DNA from: Octopus vulgaris
Taxonomy: Eukaryota
DNA: 64,000 bases
Direction of reading: 5' to 3'
NCBI GenBank assembly: GCA_951406725.2
Contig: OX597818.1
Location: 79,174,001 to 79,238,000 of the forward strand
A model generated the notes under the pieces. The model saw nothing but the letters and a program-made list of their open reading frames with translations. It made no database searches and was not told the origin of the DNA. A program made the translations under genes and the position numbers. The first letter of the stretch is position 1; each line of letters opens with the position of its first letter. Below, in pieces: positions 1 through 13,185 of this stretch.

Positions 1-680
1 GAGGGTCGTGTGTTGGAGCCCTCAGGTAACTCTTCCATAGGATCCTATCGGAAGCAGCATAAATTCGGTATGCAGACTGGAATCCGAAATAAAATCAAGT
101 GAAGCTATGGATATTATCCATCACGTTCTTGGTCTACCCATGTGGGTTAAGTTCAAGGATCCGTCTTGTGATACTTTCATGCGACATTCTAATCGCATGT
201 CTGTAATACCGGAGACATGACCTCGCATCACAGAGAAGTAGTGGATTGACCTGGAAAGGCACCCTGATCTCTGAGTTACGCACCCTTCGGAGGAACTCCA
301 TTTTGGTCACATGTATTTGTCATCGCACTATTTTGGACATTATCCAAAATGAATTACCATAGGCGTGGGTAGGTACGAGTACCAAACTGAAGATAGCGAG
401 TTTGGAATTCTTACTAATCTTTTCTGTTCTGAGGATCGAATGATGGGGCTAGCGCATTATTGTGCCAGCACCTGCAATCTAGCATCCAATTCTCCCTTCT
501 ACGTTCCATCACTCTTGAATACGATCCCGAGATACTAAAAAATCCTCCCTTTCTCTCAGTGATGTTTCACTAACATGCAGAGTGCGCTGGAAAAACTTTC
601 TTGATGGAACTAATATATCAGACTTCGCAACAATAGTTCTTATCCCTGCCTTACAGCACACAGCAGCGAACCTATTCAGT
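1..680 (-). mobile_element. RTE-clade LINE, degraded 3' part (RT thumb/C-terminal region)
   Basis: Minus-strand translation across stops and frameshifts gives LNRFAAVCCKAGIRTIVAKSDILV...SKLAIFSLVLVPTHAYGNSFWIM...MEFLRRVRNSEIR...LRYYRHAIRMSHE, the typical RTE C-terminal region. Same family as 28830-29500. Confidence 0.75.
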
Positions 681-1099
681 GTATATTTATTTATGTACGT
701 ATGCATGCTCTATGTATTTATGTATGTTGGTGTGTGCATGTATGTGTATCTGTATGAATGAATGCTTGTTTGTATGTGTGTGTGTGTGTATGTGTGTGTG
801 TATGTGTGTGTATTTATGTATAATTATTCTTTGCGTTTCATTTAAGTTCTACTTGGGAGATTTCAAACTGGTCGCTAACAAAGTGACAAGGCTATTTGAG
901 TTAAGAGAGTCCCCCGTATTTGTAATTATCTGGTTGATTGAATTGTTGATGCATACATCTAAGTGTGTGCGACTATTCACCTAAATAATCTCAAATGGCA
1001 AATTTTTAGAATGTCTTAAAAATGTTCACTGTGACACTAATAGATTGGATTTGGAGAATCCACGTCAGTTTTGTTTGCTCTTTCTCCGTGAAACCGAGT

Positions 1100-1970
1100 A
1101 TTTCTAGGTTTTTGTGCAAATTCATTGGTACAAATCTAATGCACCTATGATGATAGGTACACAGCACCGACATTGGCGGCATCAACAATGGAAGGCGATA
1201 GTCTTCTCTGACGAGAGCCAGTACTGCGTTTCCAACTCGGATGGCATAGTGGGGGAGTGGCGTAGGAGGGGGAACGCTACAAAGACGTATGTGTCATGGA
1301 GAAAACGCGTCAGGTGGCCAAAGCATCATGGTTTGGGGTGTATTAGGCCTGAATCACAGAAATGGGCCCCATGTGCTCCAAAATGTTAGCGCAGGCAGAG
1401 GGAATGGCATCATAGAGCAGCGTTACTTTGACCAAATTCTAAGACATCATATTGTGTCTTTCTTCGCGCGTCACTATAGCTACATATTCCAACAGAACAA
1501 TGCTCATGCACGGCCAGGGTTACCAAAGACCTCCTGCGTCAGCCCAGCATCAGAACCATGCCGTGGCTAGCTCTCAGTCCGTATTTGAACTCAATTGAAC
1601 AGCTATGGGATGAAATCCAGAGACGGCTGAACCAGGTGGTCCAAACTCCGACAACTCTTGTGGAACTGGAGGCAGTTTTCCTCAGGATGTAGTCACAGGT
1701 ATCAACGGCTTTTGTGATCTGCTTTATGCACCCCATGTACCGACGGTGTTTGGCTGTTTTGAACACCCAATGAGAACATACATGTCAGCCTTACAATCTC
1801 CATGTGCTGGATCCGCTCACTACCAGAACACATGACAACGATCTATAAAATGTGGTTAACGTGCATCCAAAAAACTGACATTAATACAAAAGTGTATGTC
1901 TCTGACATAATGAAATTAAAACATATTTCACAGTCACACACATCATTCGTTTTTTTGTGCGGTTCAGCGT
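1100..1970 (+). mobile_element. Tc1-family DNA transposon remnant (frameshifted DD34E transposase)
   Basis: Tc1 motifs WKAIVFSDES, GGQSIMVWG, FQQNNAHAR and PWLALSPYLNSIEQLWDEI are split over frames. Probable right TIR is ttttttgtgcggttcagcgta near 1950-1970. Confidence 0.85.
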
Positions 1971-2746
1971 ACGCATGTATGCTTGTATATACTTATATAT
2001 TTACGTATGTCCGCATGTACGTTTGCATGTATGCATGCATGCATGTATGTATGTATGTATGTATGTACGTATGTATACATGTATGTTTGTATGTATGTTT
2101 GTATGTATGTATGTATGTATGTATGGATGGATGGATGGATGGATGGATTTATATGTGTATGTTTGCATGTGTGTGTGTGTGGGTGTGTGTGCATGTGTGT
2201 GTTTAAATGTATGGATGATTCTTACCTAAACTAGACGTTTGAAAACAAAACTCACGTAGCTCCATTCTGGAAAGTTGAGGCAATATTTATAGCCAGGATA
2301 ATATACATGAACACTTACAGAAATTGAATGAGATGTGGAGATTATTTTATATAGACAACTCATACCTAGCTAACTTTGTGCAGAAAAATGTACTTGAATA
2401 CTCACTTGAAAAACGAGTGTAATATGATTAGGACCTTTTGGATTTCTTATATATATTATGATCGTGAGTGCATCCATACTTAATTAAATCTATTATGAAT
2501 CAATTTTGCAATCCTCGACTAACAGTCAAAACATTTTGGTGGCATAAAATATACATGTATATATACAGATGTGTATGCATGTGTGCGTGTTTGTGTGTGC
2601 GTGTGTGCGCGTGTGTGTGAATGAGTGAAAGTGGCTGTGTTTATGTATATAAATATGTATATATGCATATATGTATGCATGTATAATGTGCGTATATATA
2701 ATATAAATGTGTGTAGATAGATAGATGGATGCGTGTCTATGTATAG

Positions 2747-2777
<31 letters not shown>

Positions 2778-4917
2778 ATATTGACAATATATCATACAAT
2801 ATATATATATATATAATGTATTGTGTATATTGTGTGTATATATAAGTGTATGTACTTGTATAGTTGCATACATGTTTATATGTACATAATAACAGAGAGA
2901 GAGAGGGGGGGACATGAGGAGATAGAGAGATGCTTTCAAAATAATAACTTAGAAAAACTGATATATTGCTTTGTCATTAACTTCAACAAGCTGACCATAT
3001 GAATACAGTCTAAATCATCGCAGGAACCCCTTCTTCTCTTTCTGTCTTACTTGTTCTTCTTCCTGTCTTTTTTCTTACAGTCATTCTTTCCGTTTCCCAC
3101 ATTTTCCTTTTGACCAAGCCTCCAAAAATTCTCCCCCCCCCCCCCCACACACACACGCATGCTTACACATATGCATGCACACAAAGAAAAAGGTAAAGAT
3201 GGCTTCAAAACAATAACTAAACAAGATTAACATCGTAAAATGTGTTTAACTTCAAACACCCGTGAAACGACTGACCATAATTATATAATAAAAAACATCT
3301 CAGAATAAAACACTCACTTCTCTCGTTCTTTCTTTCTTTCTTTCCTTCTTTTTTTCTTTCTTTCTTCCTTCCTTCCTTCCTTCCTTTCTTCCGTTCTTTC
3401 TGTCTTCCGTTCTTTCGTTCTCTCTTTCATTTTTCTCATATCTCCTCCCTCTGGATGGGTCTCCACGCACTCATATACTCACACATATGCTTGCATACGT
3501 ATGCTTGCATTCACACACATATGCGCGCACATATGTACGCATGCATGCATGTATGTACACAGACACACACAGGCACACACACACATACACACACACACAT
3601 AGACACAGACAACTGCTAAAACAATACAAAAATATCATAAAAAACTGCTTGCTACTCATAGTTTCATGTTCCCGTTTGTCGGGCAGTTGTGATCCAGAAA
3701 GGAATAAGAAGTTAGGTTATACCTACAACTTATACTACGTTGTTATTCACATTGACAGTTACACATTTGAATTTGACTGGTCGTTTTAACTAACAGTTTT
3801 TCAAAAGCATAGAAGCTGGGACAGGAAATATAGATAATAAAATTAAAATTAAAATTAAAATTAAATTAGAAGGCATAAATATCATGTTGTATAAAATCGA
3901 AGAAAACCTTCAATAAAAAAAATTTCTAGGTTAAAAAGAAATCATATATGTCCTGAGTAAATTAATTAATGGTAAATATGTAATAAATTAAAATAAACGG
4001 TAGTTTGATTTAGAAAAATTAACCCTTGGGTTTGGGAAAGCTGGTAGATATTGATAAAAATAATAACGGGTTTCTTTTTATATAAACAACTCATACACAC
4101 ACACATATATAGAAAGTACACGTATAAAAACCATATACTTATACATACGAGATATATGTGCATTTATTCAAATAAATACATAAACACATACTTATATATA
4201 AATATACATATACTTACACTTAGGCAAAACACACAGAACATGCAAATACATAGGCATACATACAATGACAAATCACACATATATACATATATTTACAAAC
4301 ACACATTCACATAGATACGCATACATACTTATATGTACATATATGTGCACATATACACATACACATAAACATGCATGCTCACATAAAAACATATTCACTT
4401 ACAGATGTCTATATGCATAAATACATAAATACATGTTTTTCACCTACATACATACACATAAATACATCAAATCATATATTGATTTTATCCTTATATTTAA
4501 TTGATAAATATTAAACCGGAAGATATTCAATGGTAAATTATTTTGGTTATTCACGCGTGGCTGAGATGAGCAAGATATATAATGGATATATAAGTGTGAA
4601 AGTTTGTATATATTCGGTGGATACGTTGTGATCGTATGGTATGTATAAGTGTTTATATTTATATTCTTCTGGTTATGTTTGTACTGACGAGTGCAGAGCG
4701 TGTTACAGCGTTGACCATGAAATCGTTTCGATATGCAACTGAACCATTTAAAAATAAGATTTTTTCGTTCATTTCTTCGAATTCAGCGCGTGTGTATATT
4801 TGATAAAATAGTTTGACTTTAGCGTCCCTTTCCAGCGTGTGGCTTTACTTAAAGTAATAACCCTTAATGTAATAACATATATGCATCATATATACTCGCA
4901 CACACTATAATCACACA

Positions 4918-5011
<94 letters not shown>

Positions 5012-5134
5012 AACACATACAAAAGCAGATACATACATACATACATACAAACATATAAGGCAAACATATGCGTATATGAGTGTGTGTATGTGTGTGTATG
5101 TATGAGTATGTAGATATATATACATATATAGATA

Positions 5135-5186
<52 letters not shown>

Positions 5187-5388
5187 TGTATGTGTATATA
5201 TATATATTCCTTTATTTGTTTCAGTTAATTGACTGCAGCCATGCTGGAGCACCGCCTTTAGTCGAGTAAATCGACCCAAAGACTTCGTGTATTGATAATT
5301 GCCAATGTACGAAATTCTAATAATCCGCAATTCCTGCTGATTATTAATAGTATGTGTGTGTGTTTGTACGTGTGTGTATTTATGTATT

Positions 5389-5433
<45 letters not shown>

Positions 5434-5635
5434 GTGAGGCATTTCCCTCTCCATATTTTTAAGAGGTCATGGGCCAACAGATGTTTGGGATCTGACGATA
5501 CGCAATAAATCTAAACCCTTTATGTACGGGAGACCTAAGGCAATCCCATAAACCGGCCTTCCCCATTCTTAATATATACTGCTCCACATTTTTGAGTGCG
5601 CTTCTTTATGATTTATGTTTTTTACAAACGATATA

Positions 5636-6913
5636 TTGGTTCCCGCCGTTTTTTTTTATTTCGGAATTTATTGCGTTATTATATTTTAGAATCTATTTTT
5701 TTCGAGATATCTATTTTTGAATCATTTTGGAATCTATTCTGTTTTTTTTTATTTCTAATTAATTTTAGTTAATTTTTGTTTATTTTCAGATCATTAAAAT
5801 GGAATGTCAAGTTAAGATAAACGAGCATTTTCGACACCTCCTTCATTTTGCTTTTAATCACGGTTCTAAGGCCGCAAAAGCTGCACGCGACATTTGAGCT
5901 GTGTATGGAGAGGGTATCATAGCTGAAAGAACCGCTCGTGATTGGTATGCTAAGTTCAAAAATGGAAATTTTGACTTCAACGACGCACCTCGTTCTGGCC
6001 GTCTAGTTGAGTTCGATGAAGAGCGATTAAACCTACTTTTGCACGAAAATTCTCGTCGAACGACAAGGGAACTGGCAGAGTAAGTGGAATGTTCCCACAC
6101 TGCTACAGGGAAGCATCTTCACTCGATGGGAAAGGTTCAGAAGTATGGAGCATGGCTTCCGCATGCTTTAAGTGACAACAACAAAAAAATCAAGGAGTCA
6201 CAATCTCCGCTGGTCTGCTTGCCCGTCACCGCTCAACTCATGGAAACATGCAACGATTTGTTTACCGAATCATTACTGGCGACGAAAAATGATGTATGTA
6301 CATCAATATGAAGCAGCGTAAGGAATGGCTTAGCCTCGCTAAACAAGTGACACCTCGCGAGAATCAAGATCTTCATCCGTGTAAAACGATGTTGTACGTA
6401 TGGTGGGACTGGGAAGGGGTTATCCATTACGAATTGCTTGTGCGGAACCAAACGGTCAACGCGGAACTCTATGTTTTACAAATGGAACGACTCAACACGG
6501 CTATGCAAGAGAGAAGACGTAATCGTCAGTATGGAGTTCTGCTGCACGACAACGCCCGCCCTCATATCGCGAATATGACCAAGGAAGCCATTCAAACGCA
6601 TGGCTGCGAATTGCTGCCACACCCGTCGTACTCTCCTGATTTGGCACCAACGGATTTCCACCTCTTTCGACCTCTCTGAAATGCTATGCGCGAAGTTTCG
6701 TTCAATACTGATGCAGAATTGAGAGTTTGGTTGGATTAATTTTTCGAGTCGAAATCGGGTGATTTCTACCAACGAGATATTGAAAATCTTGTTGAACTTT
6801 GGGAATAAGTTGTAAACAACAAGGGTGAATGCATTATTGATTAATTAGTTATTTTCTATTAAACCTTTAAAATAAATTTTAATTAAAAAAAAGACAGGAA
6901 CTTAGTTGCCAAC

Positions 6914-6917
<4 letters not shown>
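5636..6917 (+). mobile_element. mariner transposon, near full length (~1.28 kb), non-functional
   Basis: Right TIR ...caggaacttagttgccaacctaa followed by TA. Left end ta-ttggttcccgccg is a partly deleted copy of the TIR. Contains a transposase pseudogene. Confidence 0.9.
5799..6844 (+). pseudogene. mariner (DD34D) transposase pseudogene
   Basis: MECQVKINEHFRHLL...WYAKFKNGNFDFNDAPRSGR (HTH), WLPHAL (WVPHEL motif), ITGDEK, LLHDNARPH, YSPDLAPTDFHLF. Several in-frame stops and a frameshift. Confidence 0.92.
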
Positions 6918-6987
<70 letters not shown>

Positions 6988-7699
6988 TGTGTTTGTATGT
7001 ATATATGTGTGTATGCGCGCGTGTGTGTGTGTGTGTGTGTGAGTGTGTGCGTGCGCGTTTGTGAGCGTGAGCTGCTTGTCTGTATTTGCGTGTGTTTTTT
7101 GCTTCGTAGTCCCTTAAATTCAACACCTCAATTAAGAGAGTTATATCTAATTATATAAATAGAACTACTACTGATCAACAGTCAATTAACTATATCGCTG
7201 ACACACTGAAAAACAATAGAGATTTTGTGCACAGAAAGAAGAATGCATGAGATATTGTATCAATGTATTTTAAAAGCAGCGATGTCATGATGTCATGTGC
7301 CAACTGAAATAACTCCAAACAATGCAAATGACTCAGTCTATATTTGTAGCTGTGTACTCTTCTTTTTCTACTCTTTTCTTTATCAATGATTCTCATTTCT
7401 ACTATTGGTTTCTAAATTTTGTCAATGTTGTTCAGTTATCATTAGACAGCTACGTTTGCTCCGCTTATTAGATAGAACTTGAACATGATAGCAATAACCA
7501 CCCTATATGACTGTTCTGTTTTTTCTTGTTTTTATTTTTTTCTCGAACCTTTGAACTTACAAGGCTGGTTACCCGATTTCCACGGCGTATAAGTGACAGA
7601 GACCACAACATTATATCTGAAATGGATGCCGGTTCATTGTAGGGTTCAATGCAATTAATTTTTAAGGGAAGTGTAAGCCAATGTATACACCTTCACATC

Positions 7700-7840
7700 T
7701 TCCCTAGCTCTTGACTAGTACCTTATTTTATCGAGCCCGAGAGTTGATTTTACGAGATTTGAACTCGGAACGTAAAGAACCGGAAGAAATAACAATAAGC
7801 ATTTTGTCCAACGCGCAAACGATTCTGCCTCCTCGCCGCT
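7700..7840 (-). mobile_element. tRNA-derived SINE family B, degraded copy
   Basis: Reverse complement resembles the family-B head gcggcgag..gcagaatcgttt...gttccgagttcaaatc. Confidence 0.6.
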
Positions 7841-7895
7841 TATTCCATGATATACTTCGTACAAATATGATGAATCATTATTGAATTAAAGCAAT

Positions 7896-8130
7896 TTAAC
7901 TCTTTTGATCCAACCAATCCTTGTTTCTATGATACACACAGGTTGTTTTAAAATGATTTTACTTGTTGTTTTAAAGTGATTTTAAACCTTACTTCACAAT
8001 GTCTTGCTAATTTATGTTACAAATACTAGCTAGAAAAACGATGAAGATATTTTAATAGATACTTTATCTTCAATAGTAAATGGAACAAAGACTACATATT
8101 TCAGCAAAAATATGGTAACTAAGGGGTTAA
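7896..8130. mobile_element. TTAA-flanked MITE (piggyBac-like termini)
   Basis: Begins TTAActcttttgatccaa and ends tggtaactaaggggTTAA: imperfect TIRs with TTAA at both ends, non-coding. Confidence 0.5.
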
Positions 8131-8199
8131 GCTACCAATAAATATGTCCCATTACGCAATTCATTTGTTATATTCTATTAAAAGTACTTGTGTTCACTT

Positions 8200-8470
8200 A
8201 ATAAGAAAATGACATACAGGAAACCTATATTATCTCCATTGCAGCATTAAGCTGTAATGGAAATTAAATTTAGTGAGGAAGAAAAAGCAGTGCCCGTGAC
8301 ATTTTCCTGCGTTACGTAGACTTGTGGAAGGAATGAAAGAAGGTGCTCTCAAACCGTAGACCACGTCTCGAATGTTTACAGCCGAGTAGACCCCGCGAAA
8401 GACAATAATGCGCCAGATGGGTGGCGTTTTGTTAATACGAAACTGTTACAAAGAAACACTTCAGTAACTC
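8200..8470 (+). mobile_element. highly degraded LINE RT fragment
   Basis: Peptide ALRRLVEGMKE resembles the RT segment ILALRRIIEGVKE of RTE-like LINEs; the rest is heavily decayed. Confidence 0.3.
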
Positions 8471-8521
8471 CAAAATTCATCTCATTCCGTGTGTTTATAT
8501 TAATGCCTGCTGCTGCTGTTG

Positions 8522-8584
<63 letters not shown>

Positions 8585-9267
8585 TGTATTTATATCTAAT
8601 AGGAGCTACTGATCCTTTTCTATGTAAGTTTATGTATAAATAAGCAATCAATATCTAAAGAAGAGGGCATTGATCATACCTGAAATATTGTTCTAAGCCA
8701 AAATACCTTGAAGATACAGCTTCAAATGAAGCCATCTGTCAATATGTTTTTTCATTTACTCTTCTTTAGTTTCACATCTTCAGCGGTAACTTTTATCTTT
8801 TACGTCTTTCAGTCATTGGACAGCGTCCATACTGGAGCACGGCCTTGGAGTGTTTTAGACAGATATGTCGGCCATAGTATTTCTTTTTAAAGTTCAATAC
8901 TTACTGTATCGATCTTTTTTTTTCAGGAATATGGAAAAAAGCCAATATCGGTGGTCAAGTGGTTGTCGTAGGGAACACAAACATAAACGCAAAATACACA
9001 CATGCACACATACACACAAACACACACACACACAAACCCATACAGACATTGATAATCGGCAAAAGTCATAGAGTAACTCAAAGACTGAGAGTTTCGAGCG
9101 TTGGAAAACTTAACAAGTGCCAACGAACGAAACTCTGTGCCCTTGATTTGGTCTGTGACTTCTGTCGATTATTAATAATATACACATGTGTGCGCGTGTG
9201 TGAGTATGTGAATGGAGTGTGTGTGTGTATTTTGATTTGTATTTTCCTGTATGCATCACCAAAAGTA

Positions 9268-9371
<104 letters not shown>

Positions 9372-9384
9372 TGTATATGTATAC

Positions 9385-9950
9385 ACCGGTCCTGTGGTAA
9401 GTTTGTTTCTCATTCAAATTATTCTGGGTTCGGGTTCAGCCCAACTGCATGGCACCTTGGGCAAGTGTTTTCTAGAATACCCTCCGGCCGACAAAAGCCT
9501 TGTGAGCAGATTTGGTAGGCACGCGGGGCAAATGCTTAGCGATATTTCGTCTGCCGTTACGTTCTGAGTTCAAATTCTGCCGAGGTCGACTTTGCTTTTC
9601 ATCCTTTCGGGGTCGATAAATTAAGTACTAGTTACTCAGTGGGCTCGATATAATCGACTTAATCCCTTTGTCTGTCCTTGTTTGTCCCCTCTATGTTGAG
9701 CCCCTTGTGGGTAATAAAGAAATAAGAAACTGAAAGAAGTACGTTGTATATGTATTTGTGCGTCGGTGTTTTCCCCGACCACCCGACCACCACTTAACAA
9801 CCGGTGTTGGCGTGTTTATTTCCCCATAAGCTAGCCGTTCGGAAAAAATATTGATATGATAAGTACCAGGTTTAAAAAAGAAAAAAAAAGTACTGGAGTC
9901 AATTCATTCGACCAAAATCTTTCATGGTTGCAATATAGTGACTGAAACAA
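9385..9950 (+). mobile_element. SINE family A with a family-B SINE nested at ~9519-9730
   Basis: Family-A head (gggttcagcccaactgcatggcaccttgggcaagtg...gccttgtgagcagatttggtag) is interrupted by a family-B body and resumes at gaaactgaaagaag, followed by the family-A tail. Confidence 0.8.
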
Positions 9951-10012
9951 TTAAACGATAAAAAATACATACTTACGTACATAAACATATACAAACATAT
10001 GTATTTGGATAC

Positions 10013-10221
<209 letters not shown>

Positions 10222-10246
10222 AATGTATATGTGTGTTCGTGTGTGT

Positions 10247-10543
10247 GGAGGCGCAATGATCCAGTGGTTAGGGCAGCGGACTCGCGGTTGTAGGATCGCG
10301 GTTTCGATTCCCAGACCGAGTGTTGAGAAAACACATAAAAGCTCCTCGAGGCTCCGGCAGGGGATGTTGGTGATCCCTTTTGTACTCTTTCGCCACAACT
10401 TTCTCTCACTCATTCTTCTGTTGGCCTGCTCGCTAAGCCAGCGGGGTGGCGTCATTTGAAGACTAAAAGAATGCGAAGCGCATTGTGACCAGCGATGTGT
10501 AGCAACATCTGATAGCCTGATTGGTCACGGTGATCACGGTGAT
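10247..10543 (+). mobile_element. tRNA-derived SINE family C
   Basis: tRNA-like head with A box (tgatccagtgg) and B box (ggtttcgattccc); ends gtcacggtgatcacggtgat. Second copy at 46668-46948. Confidence 0.85.
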
Positions 10544-10697
10544 ATATGTATATACATACATATATATAAACATGCATAAAATTATATAGGGTGTATTTTT
10601 AGAAATTTCACCACCAGTCACCTAGTATGTATAAAATTACCTATTAAAGGTAATTTTTTCTTGTGTTTAAATGTACACTATTTTATATATATAAACT

Positions 10698-10758
<61 letters not shown>

Positions 10759-11639
10759 ACGTCAAGCTTCCACACAGATTCCATCAACCGAATTCAGTTA
10801 CAAGGCATTAGTTGGCCCGGGGATATAGGAGACGACACTTGCCCTGCTCACCCGCACAGTGGGACTAAGCACGAAATAACGTGGTTGCAAAAGGGAACCA
10901 GTAAATTTATTAACATTGATTTTAATGCCAACTTTACAGACATGAAACATAGTTAAGACACGACTCCGTTATTTGTATGTGATTTTATATGGTTAGGTCA
11001 TTTATAGCTGCTATTAGACACTGCTGTTGCTATTATGCATGCATTTGTGTAAAACGTCTAAACTCAATCACCACCACCATCGCCACTATCAACACAACAA
11101 CATCAGTACCGCCAAAACCACTGCTAACATCCCCATCCCCTCTCGCTTTTTTGCTGCTGAATCAATATGCCTGCCTCTCTCTTTCTCTATTCTAGCTTCG
11201 TTTCAGTTTTGATCAGCTAGTGTCAGCGGATAATCGTCTGTAGGTGAGAACACAGTAAGCGAACTGAATGCATCTGTGCAGTGAAGAAATACTGTTTGCC
11301 AGTTTAGTTAGATGAGAAGCGCCGTAACGTTGCTTGCAGTTTCGACACTACGGTGCGGTAAAACGGATTGCAGCTGCAACAAGCAACAAGTTTCTCTCCC
11401 TCCCTCTCTTTATCTTTCTCCCTCTCTCTCCCCTCTTCTCTCTCTTTAAATGATAATTCAAACAGTAGAACAGGGTCTAGAATTACTTGGTTAAAAACAC
11501 TACTACAACTAATACTGTTGCTGCTGCTTAAATTACCGCCACCACTTCTACTATTAATGTAATACTTGTGCAACTACTACAACTATCACTACTACTGTTG
11601 CTACTACTACTACTATTACCCATAACAATAATAATATTC

Positions 11640-12078
11640 CTTTCTACTAAAAACTCAAGGTCTGAAATTTGTGGAGAGGGGGTAAGTCGATCACATCGAC
11701 CTCAGTATTTCACTGGTACTTAATTTATCGACCCCAAAATGATGAAAGTCGACCTCGGCGGAATTTGAACTCAGAACGTAGCAACGGGGGGAATACCGCT
11801 AAGCATATCTCCCAGCGTGCTAACGGTTCAGCAAGCTCCCTGCCTCGATAATAATAATAATTACTATTTCAAAGTTTTTCCTCAGGGGCAACTTGGGGGG
11901 AGTGGAGATGAGTCGATTGCATCGACCCTAGTGTTTAACTGGTACTTATTTTATCGATCCCGAAAGGATGATAGGCAAAGCCGACCTCGGCGGAATTTGA
12001 GCTCAGAAGGTAAGGACGGACGAAATGCCGTTGAGCGTTCTGCCCGGCGTGCTAACGATTCTGCCATATCTCCGCCTT
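11640..12078 (-). mobile_element. two tandem SINE family B copies
   Basis: Two copies (~11640-11848 and ~11870-12078) of the family-B core tcgacctcggcggaatttga(a/g)ctcagaa, separated by (AAT)n. Confidence 0.85.
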
Positions 12079-12081
12079 GAA

Positions 12082-12186
<105 letters not shown>

Positions 12187-12341
12187 TAATAATAATAATA
12201 ATTATCCTCCTAAAGTTTGCAGATTCTACACTTCACTTAACAGAAACACGCTTTATATAAAGAAAACAATTCTATAAGAACATTAATATCTGTAATAGGA
12301 TTTATTAAAACAACATCGTTGTAAGTGATAAGGTGTTATTG

Positions 12342-12409
<68 letters not shown>

Positions 12410-12706
12410 GTTCTACATCTATTGTGTAAACATTACAAGGCAACTATATCTGTAGCTGCCGAAATTTCAAAAGGAATAATAATAATAAAAGAAAAACAAT
12501 GTTCACACAGACAAAGGAGAAGAATACAAGTTCTCATCGCCACTGTTAACGGAATAAAATACCTGAATGGGATACGTATATATTTATATATACACACACT
12601 CTGTGAAAATGTACCACTAGTAACAGAGAATCTTTGGTACAAGGGTGTGGAAAGAGTTTACAGATGATGTTATAGTTTACAAACTATATCGTATTTTTAA
12701 TGCCTG

Positions 12707-13185
12707 GTTCTTCTTCGTCTCTTTCTTTGTCTCCTCCTTCTTCTTCTTCTTCTTCTTCTTTCCCTGCGGCACCCCGTTCTCCTCCTCCTCCCTTCCCCTT
12801 CCTCCTCTTCCTTCCTTTTCTTCTTCTTCTTACGTATTCTTCTTCTTCTTCTTCTTCTTCTTCTGCTTCCTCTTCTTCTTCTTCTTCTTCTTCTTCTTCT
12901 GCTTCTTCTTCTTCTTCTTCTTCTTCTTCTTCTTCTTCTTCTCTTCCTCCTCCTCCTCCCCTCCTCCCTCTTCTCCGCCTCCTCCGCTTCTTACTCCTCC
13001 TCCTCCTCCTTCTCCTTCCCTCCTCTTCTCTTTCGTTTTCTTCATCTCATTGTCTTCTCCCCTTCATCTTTTTCGTCTTCTCCTTTCCTCCCCTCCTCCT
13101 TCCTTTCCTCCTTTCCGCCTCCTTCTACTCCTAGTCCTCCTCCTTCTCCTGCCCCATCCTCTCCCTTCTTTAGATTTCTTCCCTC
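12707..13185. repeat. polypyrimidine (CTT)n/(CCT)n compound microsatellite
   Basis: Directly visible; source of the poly-F/S/P/K ORFs. Confidence 0.95.

Noticed and set aside
10247-10320. tRNA-like cloverleaf heads (also 22689, 48527)
   Set aside because: They continue into repeated SINE bodies and lack a proper acceptor stem; SINE heads, not tRNA genes.
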